A DNA stretch of 63,528 nt, counting the filler, from Aduncisulcus paluster (Eukaryota): assembly GCA_024181965.1 (NCBI GenBank). It is 5 parts of 5 records of this genome, joined end to end, with 100 filler letters (N's around TTAATTAATTAA, not from the genome) between each part and the next. Parts side by side here need not be neighbours in the genome. Positions count along the whole stretch, not along the records: positions 1 to 19,291 come from BQXS01013855.1; positions 19,392 to 34,326 come from BQXS01013856.1; 3 more parts are not named here. The stretch is one strand, 5' to 3'. Under the pieces are notes generated by a model that saw nothing but the letters and a program-made list of their open reading frames with translations, was not told where the DNA came from and did no database searches. Positions 11,001-19,966 of this stretch are shown here, in pieces. Positions within the stretch are counted from its first letter, which is position 1. Each line of letters opens with the position of its first letter. A program made the translations under genes and the position numbers.

Positions 11001-12177
11001 GATCATTTGATAACGATATGAGATTTCCTGCAAGGCGAGATTCCATAAAAGAAAGTTCCAATTGAAGAGACTTGTTTTTTCGACCCATTGTCAAAATTTC
11101 TTGTTCTGATGTTTGACGTTGAGCCAAGAGTTTGGATTCAAGATCGGATACCTTTGAACGAAGAGTTGAAATTGATTTTTCCTTTTTTGAGAGTTCATCA
11201 GAAACCAATGTCAACTGTTTGGCGAGAGATGTTAACATTTTGTCATGTTTTTTAAAAATTTGGAGAAATAATGTTGTTTGTTCCTTGATTTGATGTTCCT
11301 TTTTGTCAATTTCCTTCTTAATTCTTCTTTCAGTTTTGATTTTTTGCTGATACAGTCGTTCCCATAACTCTGCATTTTCTTCCTCTAATGAAGAAAACTC
11401 TGGGTTGCCAAGATGAGGAGCAAGATGAGATATTATTGTTTCTCGTCTATTTGGTCGAACAAATATGATACCTTCAATGGATGAAACCCTCTCAAAACTC
11501 TTCGATTTAGCTTGACCAGGAATCAATTCCTGAGGAATCCATCTCTCACCCCCATCAATATCACACATTATCACATTATCTAATTTGACAGGGAGATAAT
11601 GCCATTCAAACATGTATTTAGGCTGAATAAAATCATAATATTTTTGAGTAATTGACCCATCATCGTGGGTAAAAGTAAGTAACAAATGCTGTGGCCCAGA
11701 ATCTTTCCTCACTTGCATGTAAATTCCTTTCACCGAGTAAACTGAAATAAAAGGGAAAGACAAAGAAGTGAATGAAACATTTCCTGTTCCCAGTAAAGTT
11801 TTGTGGACAAGTTCACTTCCAGAATATTCTGTAAAAAACCTTGAATTTTCATTAATTTTTATAACAAAAGGATCATCATAACAAATTGGAGGGTCACATC
11901 TCGGAAGGTGAAATTCACTCAAGTAATCTTGAAAAGGGCTACAACCTTTCTTAACAAAAGAGGCTAAAATACGGCTTTCTTCACACTTGGATTGATGATT
12001 ACGATGCATATCTTCTTCAAATTCTGCTTCAACTCCTATTTTTGTTGCTTGAATGCCCCACTCAATTAATTTATCACACTCGGAATCTGGATCGTATTCA
12101 AATTCCACTAAAATCGTATCTTCTAAGAGTTTAAGAGTCTCAAGGGTGAGAGGGTCATCCAAATCAGGATCTACCAA
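8041..12177 (-). CDS. Large protein: N-terminal beta-sandwich module, coiled coils, C-terminal Ser/Thr protein kinase
   Basis: Module motifs FTSLSFPF...KGIYMQV...FEWHYLPVKL. Kinase motifs VVLK, HCDLKPQN, CDFE, GTPGFIAPE, SDIYSFG, DRPTA. The true start is uncertain (see findings). Confidence 0.85.
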   Translation of the reverse strand: MVDPDLDDPLTLETLKLLEDTILVEFEYDPDSECDKLIEWGIQATKIGVEAEFEEDMHRNHQSKCEESRILASFVKKGCSPFQDYLSEFHLPRCDPPICYDDPFVIKINENSRFFTEYSGSELVHKTLLGTGNVSFTSLSFPFISVYSVKGIYMQVRKDSGPQHLLLTFTHDDGSITQKYYDFIQPKYMFEWHYLPVKLDNVIMCDIDGGERWIPQELIPGQAKSKSFERVSSIEGIIFVRPNRRETIISHLAPHLGNPEFSSLEEENAELWERLYQQKIKTERRIKKEIDKKEHQIKEQTTLFLQIFKKHDKMLTSLAKQLTLVSDELSKKEKSISTLRSKVSDLESKLLAQRQTSEQEILTMGRKNKSLQLELSFMESRLAGNLISLSNDLQTAYDSTVRLRKTIFGDVSKFVGNDITKWTNETILSNISCLLWFMPGIRSGMLFLRIISFLRSLQNCTVITPSKFISSCGASYPTSPLVFLNGLYNSFHSLHNIIFTLSQRQSSSLISPRDIVSESLYPIPSSPCLKTLNNRVSYLKSLFLLVSSHVNSDHVSCVIETGKRCVSQLKVFLSHIVGITDLECPSTSHLLSACDHVSDEVINCLRHFSSSERSFDEALSQYNNIIKHSRISLDKLGSTDKDEDIHDSRHKSFLSSSIDDYCLILNHDSWDDVISEIADLCELSYDKLSYGEGISCGISKEREFSSKLLHHDEDDISSKFLTSVPFSQDIDSSSPCSVSSISTFLNHDKTRSVFRSTIERLESSSSVSSVYSQYSLTMESITPCVDTLSSCLWSHIFECISQSSLTDSTIISLKGRINGDLTKTGPIGILDLQDCFKEQCKHEKECLTALSNVLKVDCRYARSCESIESVIGCFTNCICSVLDICTEYLHKICEYRCGILCCILRMSELCSWRESVSIVEKSEDEIENLNAEMLELRKLMKGKQMKKEVLIHTIQTQNEKLIQLQDRSKSSSKGYSFKFGLDDEDDEEEYEENVEELTRSLRNNEKKLDKFAKNISTIRCEMNKRYLRCIELQKHASALSSVGFSIPSCLDESLILSYPCVGDGGTDCDDQDEGDADRMGIRRSFGKDEGALPLIFSTGVALGMFSDIQEIRSSGGSDTMSKDRFLHEGNVFSARWQLNDTTRDVVLKFIDIPNDGTGSSDISHGHYRTLLRSAFSARTGSDCPYIISLLSVFYDEHVLTPSKTGAYLVFPFYSNGDMNYWLKKAPRSISSVRLVLKSILHALVHLHRNGIVHCDLKPQNVLIDSDGHGVLCDFEAAVDSSNRMIGILSQTMRVGTPGFIAPELQKSMDAHRHPHPKPSSDIYSFGILLREVFQIMSNYEINPISMPSNLRIILDSCLSLTPSDRPTATKILANKWFL

Positions 12178-13737
12178 ATCTTTTTCAGAAATGGATCCTG
12201 AGGATTCAGTTGAGGAATTTTCTTATTCTTTAACAAGCTGAGAAAAGTCCATTATAAATATTAACTAAACTAAAAGGCGTGAGTCTATAATATTCCAAAG
12301 TAATAACCAAAAGAAGGGAGTAAGACAACGGAGAAAAATGATAGAAAAAATTAGTCAAGCAATACAAATAATAAATGATGATTCATATGTCATTCCTTCT
12401 CTATTGGAAGATTAAAATAATATTTATCAAATTATTAGCATACGATATTTTCTTATTGCAGAGCAAACTGAAAAATATTATGACTCTTTCTGAAGATGGC
12501 TTGGTTACTCCTCACGATTTCAGATTTTCTCCTGAAAGAGTTGAAAAAAATATTATTATAAAACAGAATGTAATATCATGTTGGCAAAAGTTGGATTATA
12601 CCACTAAATTATGGAAATTCCCAAACCTAATCATTTTAACCCTATTTTGGCAGGATATTGAAAAATAGATTGACGATTTCATCGAATTCTATGACATTAA
12701 GATACACAATTTGAGAATAATATCCGTGTAAATTGATGGAATTCCATAGATAGCATAACTTGGCCTCAAACAGCAATTTGAACATATTTTGTTCCCTAGT
12801 AGAGATTTTTCCCATCCAATGAGCAAAAGAAAATGATCTAATGTGGTCAAGTAAGACAACTTTAATCTGAATCCAGAGAAAAAGGAAGGATTCGGTGGGG
12901 TCGTTTTTTCATCTTCGGTTTGGACAACGGAAAAACTATTGCTCCAATGCACACGATCTTTGAAGCCAAGTCACATTTTATCTCATAATCAGGAATGATA
13001 AAACGTGCCCGTGTTATCTCAACTAGCTCTCCCACATCGAATTCTTTGTCCATCCCGTATTGTGGATTTATTTGGTGCTTTGTGGATGCGTCACTCCACC
13101 CCATCTTATAACCACCGTGTCTCCATCTCGCTATCTCTTTGACAAGAAGAGAAATCCTGCAAGCTTTCTAGAATCATTCTAGATGATCTTTGAAGGTCTC
13201 ATTACAGTCTATTATATGAGTGACTCTTTCTAAACGCATTTTACATTTCCACCACATCGAACTTTATCCCAACCCCACTTCATTTTCGAGCACAGAACCC
13301 GCCCTATCCACCAAGATCCATGGATCTCTCTGTATCAGCACAAAGCCTAATGAATGGGTGGATAAAAGTAAATCTTCATATTTATTATCACCGAGTGAGC
13401 GTGTGAATTCCATCGATTTTTGCTTCGATTGACCCGCAAATGGAGGACTTGCATTTCTGCCCTACTACACCATATATTTCAGGAAAACTATTTTTGAGCC
13501 GAAAACAATGCATGATATGTCTTGATTTTAAATGATAGTGGAGAAATTTGTGAGATTGATGAACAATGACTTCAAAATACTATTCTTTGCTTCAAATTCA
13601 AAGTTAATTTTTCTATATAATCGTCATATCAACTCTTCTAGTATGTGCCCCATTGTTTGTCTCACTTTGTATATTTTTATATGTTTAAATTTGCGACGAA
13701 TCTTATAATTCCTCAACCTGTCTCTAAAGAAATCAAT

Positions 13738-16700
13738 ATGGGAAAATCCAAAGATAAATTATCTGGATCATATGATAAAATATATAGGAAACATGCTTCG
13801 AAGATTCTTACTTCCCCAGAAAAGCTTACTTCAAAATGCATTATTGGTCAAGGTGGATTTGGTGAAGTTCAGCTAATTTCCATTGAAGGGATTGAAACTC
13901 CTTGTATTTTGAAGCGAATGCTCCGAGTAGGCGACAAAAAAGTTGTAAAGGAGTGCAGGAAAGAATTTCTATTCCAAACAAAACTTTTCATGAACCCAAG
14001 ATGTTTTAATCGGATACCTCGACCTTTTTATATTCTAGATCTTCTCAACGAAAAATATGAAGGAGTTTATGGATTTATTATGGAGTTTTGCCGAGGTGGC
14101 AGTGTCAAAGACTTTGCCAAGAGTTGGTGTCTACTTCCAAGTGTCTTTGAAGAAAACGAGAGAGACGATGAAGAATCAACAAGCTCTGATTCTGATTCAG
14201 ATAGATCTGATATTGAGACAGAATTTGATTCCAGTTCGTTAAACCCCCTTCGAGTTGCTTCCTTATGCATTGGAATGATTGAGTGTCTAGATGACGTATT
14301 CATGGCCAAACCTGAACTTGCCCATCGAGATGTGAAACCTGACAATTTCCTTGTTCACGTTGATGACAAAAGTGGAGAATGTACCATTGTTCTTGCTGAT
14401 CTCGGTCTTGCCAGAATCCAAGATTCCATCTCGTCCTCTTCCTCTTCCAAGAGTTTCGAAGCCTCTTCCTCTCACCTTAAATCCCATGATAAAGCTGATG
14501 CAAAAACCAAAGACCGCTCCATTTGTGGGACTTTGGTTTATAATTCTTTTGAGGCACTTCGATTTGGTCAACAGAGCCAAGAAAGTGATGCCCATTCTCT
14601 TGGTATGTCCATTCTTGCATTATTCACATGTCAAGACCCCTTTATCAACATGCCGATCTTTAGAGGAATCTCTGACTCTGTTGATATTGTTAGTACGCTT
14701 GTCTCACTCATGGAGAAGAATCTAACTCCTCAAATATCCAGTGAGCCTCTTTTCAGAACCCTCAAGACCATTGAAGATGGCAAGTTCAAGCCTGTTCATG
14801 ATTGTTTGAATGAAGTGTTCAAAGGTCTGACTTTATTGGATGTTGATAAACGTATGAAAGTGCACACTGCTCGTGAGAAAGTTCAGTCGATTAAGCATCT
14901 CCTCCCAAAGATTGGAGAAGGTTGGAAATGTCCATCCATTGAAAATTTCATCCAGAAGCAACTTGATAAATTTGATGGATATTCTGGAAGTATTGAGAGT
15001 ATGGAAGGTGTTGCTCACTCTTCCTCTTCTGTTTCTGCATTATATTCTGTTTCTGCAGTATCTAGTTGGAAGAGTCAAAATATTAATCCTCTTAGAAGGC
15101 AATTTAAAGATTTGGAAGATTCGCTCAAGAAGCCTCCATATAATGTGGAAAATTTAACACGATTCCTCAAATTCACAACCATTGATTCTGAGCACTATTT
15201 TAGCCGTGAAGGTATGAAGAGCATGCGATATTCAATTTGTTTAGCTGATAAATTTCCTGACTCGTTTGAAAATTTCAAGAAATGGAGTGATTTGATGGAA
15301 CAAATCTTGATAACTCCTTCATCTTCTATTCATAAGCTTTTTCTGGAACATCGCCAAGAAATTTTAGATTTCTTTTCTTCAAAGTCTGACGAAGAATTTC
15401 TTAAAGATTGGCAAGAAACCTTAATGGTGGTTAAGTGTTTACGACATTTTTCGATTCATTTGGATATTTCTAATAATCTAAAATCTGTCGAGTTGCCATA
15501 TGAGGGAATTTCTGAACTCGTGGACACCTTTGTTTCTTTCTTAACAAAGATTTACCAAATATTGCAGGGAGCTATCGACGAAGACTTTTGTATTATTATG
15601 TTGCAAGTTTCATTCCAGGTAAAGGATGTGGATTATCCTGAGATATTACCCAAAGTATCTTCAACCTTCCAGGATATGCTGAAGAGAGGGAGTACAAAGA
15701 GATATGATGGTGATATTCTTATGCTCAAGGGTGAAAGCACTAAACTAATGCTAGAATCTCTCGTTAATTTCTCAAATTCCACAATTAAGGCGACAAGGCT
15801 TGTCATTTATAATATCATCAAACCTTACGTGATACCTTGGCTCAAGCTATATGGAACAACAAAGTATTTTAATGATTTAACACGAATTCTTGGGAAAGTT
15901 ACATGGGATATAACGATAAATGAACCAATCCAGAGCATATGTCATGAGTTTTGGCCTGAAACCTACCGTATTACTCTTGGGATAGTCAAAGATTGGTTTC
16001 ATTCGGCTGATAGTGACGATATTGGAGAACTTCATGATGATGTCTTGAGATTTTTCTCGAATTTGTGCTCTTCCAAAAAGTGTTCGCTTGAAATATTCGA
16101 TAATTTGAAAGAATTCATTCCGAAATGGATCGCAATGTTCAAAAAATCTAGTAATAATATCGGAATTAAGCATTGGGCTAAACTCATTTCTGTTTTTTCT
16201 GCTACTGTATCACTTGTTCCTCAAATATCACCCAAATATGATGACGACATGGAGTGGTGTCATGCAAATGGTGCCTGGGATAGAGACTTAGTGAGATATA
16301 AAACAAATTGTCCAGAATTTGCACTGAGAAAATGGAAAAGGCTAATCAATGCTATTAAGAAATGCAGAACAGATACATCCAAAGCCACTCTATATCGTAA
16401 AAATCGGGAGGCCCTTCTTTCTGTTTTCGATTCTCATCAATCTGAAACACAAATTCAAAAACACAAAGAGGAAATCATACTTTGTTGCCAATGTTTGAAA
16501 TTGTTTGGGAGGAATGTGATCTCAGAAAAATTGGTTGATGTTCATGATGATGACAATGAAGTTATTATACCACTTTCTGAATATCACGATATTATCGATA
16601 CTTTTGTTGATCATCTTTCAAGAGTAATGAAATCTTTGAAGGGCATGAAGGTTGAGGAAGAGTTTTGCTATATTGTTTGGGATTATTCATATCAATGCAG

Positions 16701-18441
16701 TCAGTTACCACTAAAAAAGGAGGCTTTACTCCCCAAAGTTACTCCATTGTTTGAACGTATTTTGGAGTTTGGAAGGAAACCCATGAAAGGAAGTATTCCT
16801 TTTAATTTATTGAAATCTCTGTTAAATTTTTCAAACGCCCCATATTTCTCACTCAAAAAATCATTATTTGCTCTCATCAAACCATACTTCTCCGATTGGT
16901 TTAAAAATTATCAAGCCACAGAGTTTTTACCTATTTGGGAAGGTTTTTTATCTCAAATTCTTATAATATATGATGATTTTGTAGTGATTGAGAGTAGTTG
17001 TTCTGAAATATGGCCATTAATACATCCTTTCCTTGAATCATTTCTGAAACGAAAAGAATTTTACGGATCTGAATTTTTATCGCCTCATCATAACAGGATC
17101 TTGCTTCTTCTTGCCTCCTTGAGCTTAAAAAATGAAACTCGCGCCACAATTATTTTTGGATACATAAAAGAGAGACTTCCAAAATGGATTGAACTCTTAA
17201 AAGATGACGATCATGAATTGGGGATTGAGTTATGGAGTGTATGTATTTCATTTTTAACCTCAAATCCTTCTCTAATTCGTTATTTATCCCCCAAATACAA
17301 CAAAATGATGAAATGGTGTAATGATAATGGAAGTAACAAAGTAATTTATTCCTTTTTTTGTTCCAATTGTTTCCAATTCAGTGTGATTGAAAAATTAGAT
17401 GACAAAATCCTTTCGTGTCAAACAAAGAAATCTACTGTTGCTTTGTTTGAGGAGAACTTTGAAATAATTCTTTTCCTTCTCCAATCATACAACACAAAGA
17501 CTGATATTCAAAAACATAAGAAAGAGATCATGTCAATAAGTGAAAGCTTGAGTTTGTTTTGTACTCATAAAAACTCCAAAAATGAAATCATATCTCTTCC
17601 TCTCTCCAGTTTTAATGATTTGATTGACAATTTTATTCCTCATTTATCGAGGATTGAGGAATTTTTGGATGATATCGATCAGAAATTGTGTCATATTTGT
17701 ACTTCATATTCTTATTCATCTGAAAAATCAAAGAGAGGTTCATTTTTATCCAAGATAGCTCCAATATTTAAAAGAATACTTGAACGCGGAAGTACAAGCG
17801 AATTATCTCCGTCAATCGCTTGTAATATTCTGTATACCCTCAAAAATATTTCTTTTGCTTCAGATTCTGTCAAAAAATCTGTTTTCAAGCAAATTAAACC
17901 ATATATCCAAAAGTGGATTGCCATCCAAAAGGATAATGCCATCATATTGGCCATAATTAAGCTTATGTCCCATGTGATCAATGATGATGATTCTGCACTA
18001 ATTGCTTGGGAGATGTTTCATTCCATTCTCAAAGTTTTGAAAACAGAGATATATTCCTCAAATTTAACAGCTGATGATTTAGCTGATATAATGTCGTTTT
18101 TTACCGAATTAGTATGGTCATTTCATGGGAAACACCACGACCGAGCTATTACATTTTTTAATGACATTAAAGATCTTTTGCCAAAATTATTTGGAACATT
18201 TAAGGCACAAAGCCATGGGGTCGGAATATATCGATGGGTTTATTTAATTCGATCTTTCAGTACAATTGACACGATGATTCCTTTGATATATCCGAAATAC
18301 AAGAAGGAGATGAAATGGGCATCAAATCAAGACAGACAATGGAAAGGTGAAGTTGGTGATGGCATTTCCGTTTGTGTGCAATCGTTTAACAAGACAGTTG
18401 AATTATATCTCAAGAAACACAGTTGTTGTACCATTGTATGA
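13738..18441 (+). CDS. Ser/Thr kinase with three ~350-aa helical (ARM/HEAT-like) repeats and a C-terminal CaaX box
   Basis: Kinase motifs IGQGGFGEV, ILK, HRDVKPDN, DLG, CGTLVYNSFE. Three repeats each end in SPKY/YPKY...M.W. The protein ends in SCCTIV*. Confidence 0.88.
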   Translation: MGKSKDKLSGSYDKIYRKHASKILTSPEKLTSKCIIGQGGFGEVQLISIEGIETPCILKRMLRVGDKKVVKECRKEFLFQTKLFMNPRCFNRIPRPFYILDLLNEKYEGVYGFIMEFCRGGSVKDFAKSWCLLPSVFEENERDDEESTSSDSDSDRSDIETEFDSSSLNPLRVASLCIGMIECLDDVFMAKPELAHRDVKPDNFLVHVDDKSGECTIVLADLGLARIQDSISSSSSSKSFEASSSHLKSHDKADAKTKDRSICGTLVYNSFEALRFGQQSQESDAHSLGMSILALFTCQDPFINMPIFRGISDSVDIVSTLVSLMEKNLTPQISSEPLFRTLKTIEDGKFKPVHDCLNEVFKGLTLLDVDKRMKVHTAREKVQSIKHLLPKIGEGWKCPSIENFIQKQLDKFDGYSGSIESMEGVAHSSSSVSALYSVSAVSSWKSQNINPLRRQFKDLEDSLKKPPYNVENLTRFLKFTTIDSEHYFSREGMKSMRYSICLADKFPDSFENFKKWSDLMEQILITPSSSIHKLFLEHRQEILDFFSSKSDEEFLKDWQETLMVVKCLRHFSIHLDISNNLKSVELPYEGISELVDTFVSFLTKIYQILQGAIDEDFCIIMLQVSFQVKDVDYPEILPKVSSTFQDMLKRGSTKRYDGDILMLKGESTKLMLESLVNFSNSTIKATRLVIYNIIKPYVIPWLKLYGTTKYFNDLTRILGKVTWDITINEPIQSICHEFWPETYRITLGIVKDWFHSADSDDIGELHDDVLRFFSNLCSSKKCSLEIFDNLKEFIPKWIAMFKKSSNNIGIKHWAKLISVFSATVSLVPQISPKYDDDMEWCHANGAWDRDLVRYKTNCPEFALRKWKRLINAIKKCRTDTSKATLYRKNREALLSVFDSHQSETQIQKHKEEIILCCQCLKLFGRNVISEKLVDVHDDDNEVIIPLSEYHDIIDTFVDHLSRVMKSLKGMKVEEEFCYIVWDYSYQCSQLPLKKEALLPKVTPLFERILEFGRKPMKGSIPFNLLKSLLNFSNAPYFSLKKSLFALIKPYFSDWFKNYQATEFLPIWEGFLSQILIIYDDFVVIESSCSEIWPLIHPFLESFLKRKEFYGSEFLSPHHNRILLLLASLSLKNETRATIIFGYIKERLPKWIELLKDDDHELGIELWSVCISFLTSNPSLIRYLSPKYNKMMKWCNDNGSNKVIYSFFCSNCFQFSVIEKLDDKILSCQTKKSTVALFEENFEIILFLLQSYNTKTDIQKHKKEIMSISESLSLFCTHKNSKNEIISLPLSSFNDLIDNFIPHLSRIEEFLDDIDQKLCHICTSYSYSSEKSKRGSFLSKIAPIFKRILERGSTSELSPSIACNILYTLKNISFASDSVKKSVFKQIKPYIQKWIAIQKDNAIILAIIKLMSHVINDDDSALIAWEMFHSILKVLKTEIYSSNLTADDLADIMSFFTELVWSFHGKHHDRAITFFNDIKDLLPKLFGTFKAQSHGVGIYRWVYLIRSFSTIDTMIPLIYPKYKKEMKWASNQDRQWKGEVGDGISVCVQSFNKTVELYLKKHSCCTIV

Positions 18442-18540
18442 TTATGATTTTCATACGTTGTTCTTTCATGAGAAGTTTCTCAGCAAAGATAATGCTTAAC
18501 TATAACTTTGAAAATATAGATGTTCAGATGTCCGTTTTAC

Positions 18541-19290
18541 TCACTTTAAGACCCTGTATTTATCTCCCACTTTTGTTATAAAAGTATATTCTTTCAACCA
18601 GTCGATATATTTCTCTCGTTCAGCATCTCCAATTCCATTTTCATAGCAGGTTTCATTGAGTTCCACAATTGTGATAGCTCCATTCGTGTGCTTGGCGACT
18701 TGTTTTAGTCGGGAATGAAGTGTTTCAAGGAGTTCCTCTCTTTGCCTCTTTGAGCTCACTTTTCTCTTTGAAGATTTGTGAATACTGCCAACAACACACT
18801 TTTTCTTGCCAAAACTACCAAGCTCGGTCCCTCCAAACCCTGCCCTCTGTCCGCATTGCCCACAATCGCATATTTGTTGTTTTATCACCCTTTTGACAAG
18901 CTCTACAGTCAAATACACACAATGATCAACCAGTTCTTGTTGAACTACTTGATGTCTGATACCTTTTTTCTTTTGTTTATACCCACATTCACCCTTATCT
19001 GAAGTAAATTCTCCTCTCTCTGCACTATCATCCGATGAAGATCCATCAATTTCTGACTGAGACACAAGCATCGAACATAATATTTGACACAGCTTGAGAA
19101 CAGAGAAATATAGGGGTGCAGGGAATTCGAGAAGTGGATGGGATCTTCCCTGCTGAAGTAAAGAACAACAAAATAGTTTCAAATGAGTTATATTAGATTC
19201 ACTCAATGGAACAGGATATTTATAGATCGGTGTAGAGAGACAAGAGGGTGATACTGGTCCACTTTGATCAGGACAGCCAAATATATCAGC
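18541..19290 (-). CDS. 5'-partial protein ending in a putative winged-helix domain (possibly a divergent MCM8-like C-terminus)
   Basis: The frame is open to the contig edge. The terminal LKQVAK...ITIVELNETC...EKYIDWLKEYTFITKVGDKYRVL resembles MCM-family C-terminal winged helices. The assignment is weak. Confidence 0.4.
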   Translation of the reverse strand, partial: ADIFGCPDQSGPVSPSCLSTPIYKYPVPLSESNITHLKLFCCSLLQQGRSHPLLEFPAPLYFSVLKLCQILCSMLVSQSEIDGSSSDDSAERGEFTSDKGECGYKQKKKGIRHQVVQQELVDHCVYLTVELVKRVIKQQICDCGQCGQRAGFGGTELGSFGKKKCVVGSIHKSSKRKVSSKRQREELLETLHSRLKQVAKHTNGAITIVELNETCYENGIGDAEREKYIDWLKEYTFITKVGDKYRVLK

Positions 19291-19291
19291 C

Positions 19292-19391
19292 NNNNNNNNN
19301 NNNNNNNNNNNNNNNNNNNNNNNNNNNNNNNNNNNTTAATTAATTAANNNNNNNNNNNNNNNNNNNNNNNNNNNNNNNNNNNNNNNNNNNN
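19292..19391. other. Artificial contig linker (N44-TTAATTAATTAA-N44)
   Basis: Six-frame stop spacer between N runs. Confidence 0.97.
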
Positions 19392-19392
19392 G

Positions 19393-19771
19393 TTGTTAAT
19401 TCCTTTCGAAGACATCTTGGTAAGGAATTAAAAGCGAAAGAAAATAAATAATAAACAAATAATAAACTGAATTAGTTTTTATCAATCGAGCAGAGAGCAG
19501 AGAAGAGTGAGAACGATTCGAGAAGCAAAGAAAACCAGAAGAATAGCTTCTCTGCCAAGAAGTCAATGATATATTCACAATATTCATGGATTTCAACTGC
19601 AATTTATCAGCATATTTTGTCACCTTATAATCCACTATGTAAACAAATGTCGAAGTTATGAAACGATTTCGTGTCAGGAGTGGACTCACAAGGATGGCAT
19701 GCAATATATGATAGAAAGAAAAATGACCATATAAATTTATTTATGTATTGTATGATATTGCTTCCTGAGGT
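19393..19771. repeat. Dispersed ~380-bp non-coding repeat, copy 1
   Basis: Near-identical to 33936-34326 in the same orientation. Begins with a 10-bp inverted repeat TTAATTCCTT/AAGGAATTAA. Confidence 0.9.
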
Positions 19772-19966
19772 TGTCATTCGCGACTTTGTGTTTTCGTCTT
19801 CTGCTTTTCCTTCGTTGCAAGCAATTCAAGATTTACTGTATGTCATATATTTCATTAAATGGGCATTAAGACATATTTTATGCGATGTCAGGCAATTATA
19901 TTCACTGTATTGTAATACTTTTTATATTTTATTTTTTTCTTAGATCCCGACTCTTTTCCATAGGCA

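Noticed and set aside
12223..12225. TAA/TAG-to-Gln genetic code as in hexamitid diplomonads
   Set aside because: Multi-kb ORFs contain no in-frame TAR, and conserved genes (ADAT3, GCP) end at TAA at their expected C-termini.
12689..13480. Short broken minus-strand ORFs between the two kinases
   Set aside because: Multiple stops and no recognisable motif; at most a decayed pseudogene.
19336..19347. TTAATTAATTAA motif recurring four times
   Set aside because: Always centred in N runs, so it is a synthetic contig spacer. Gene neighbourhoods across these points are meaningless.
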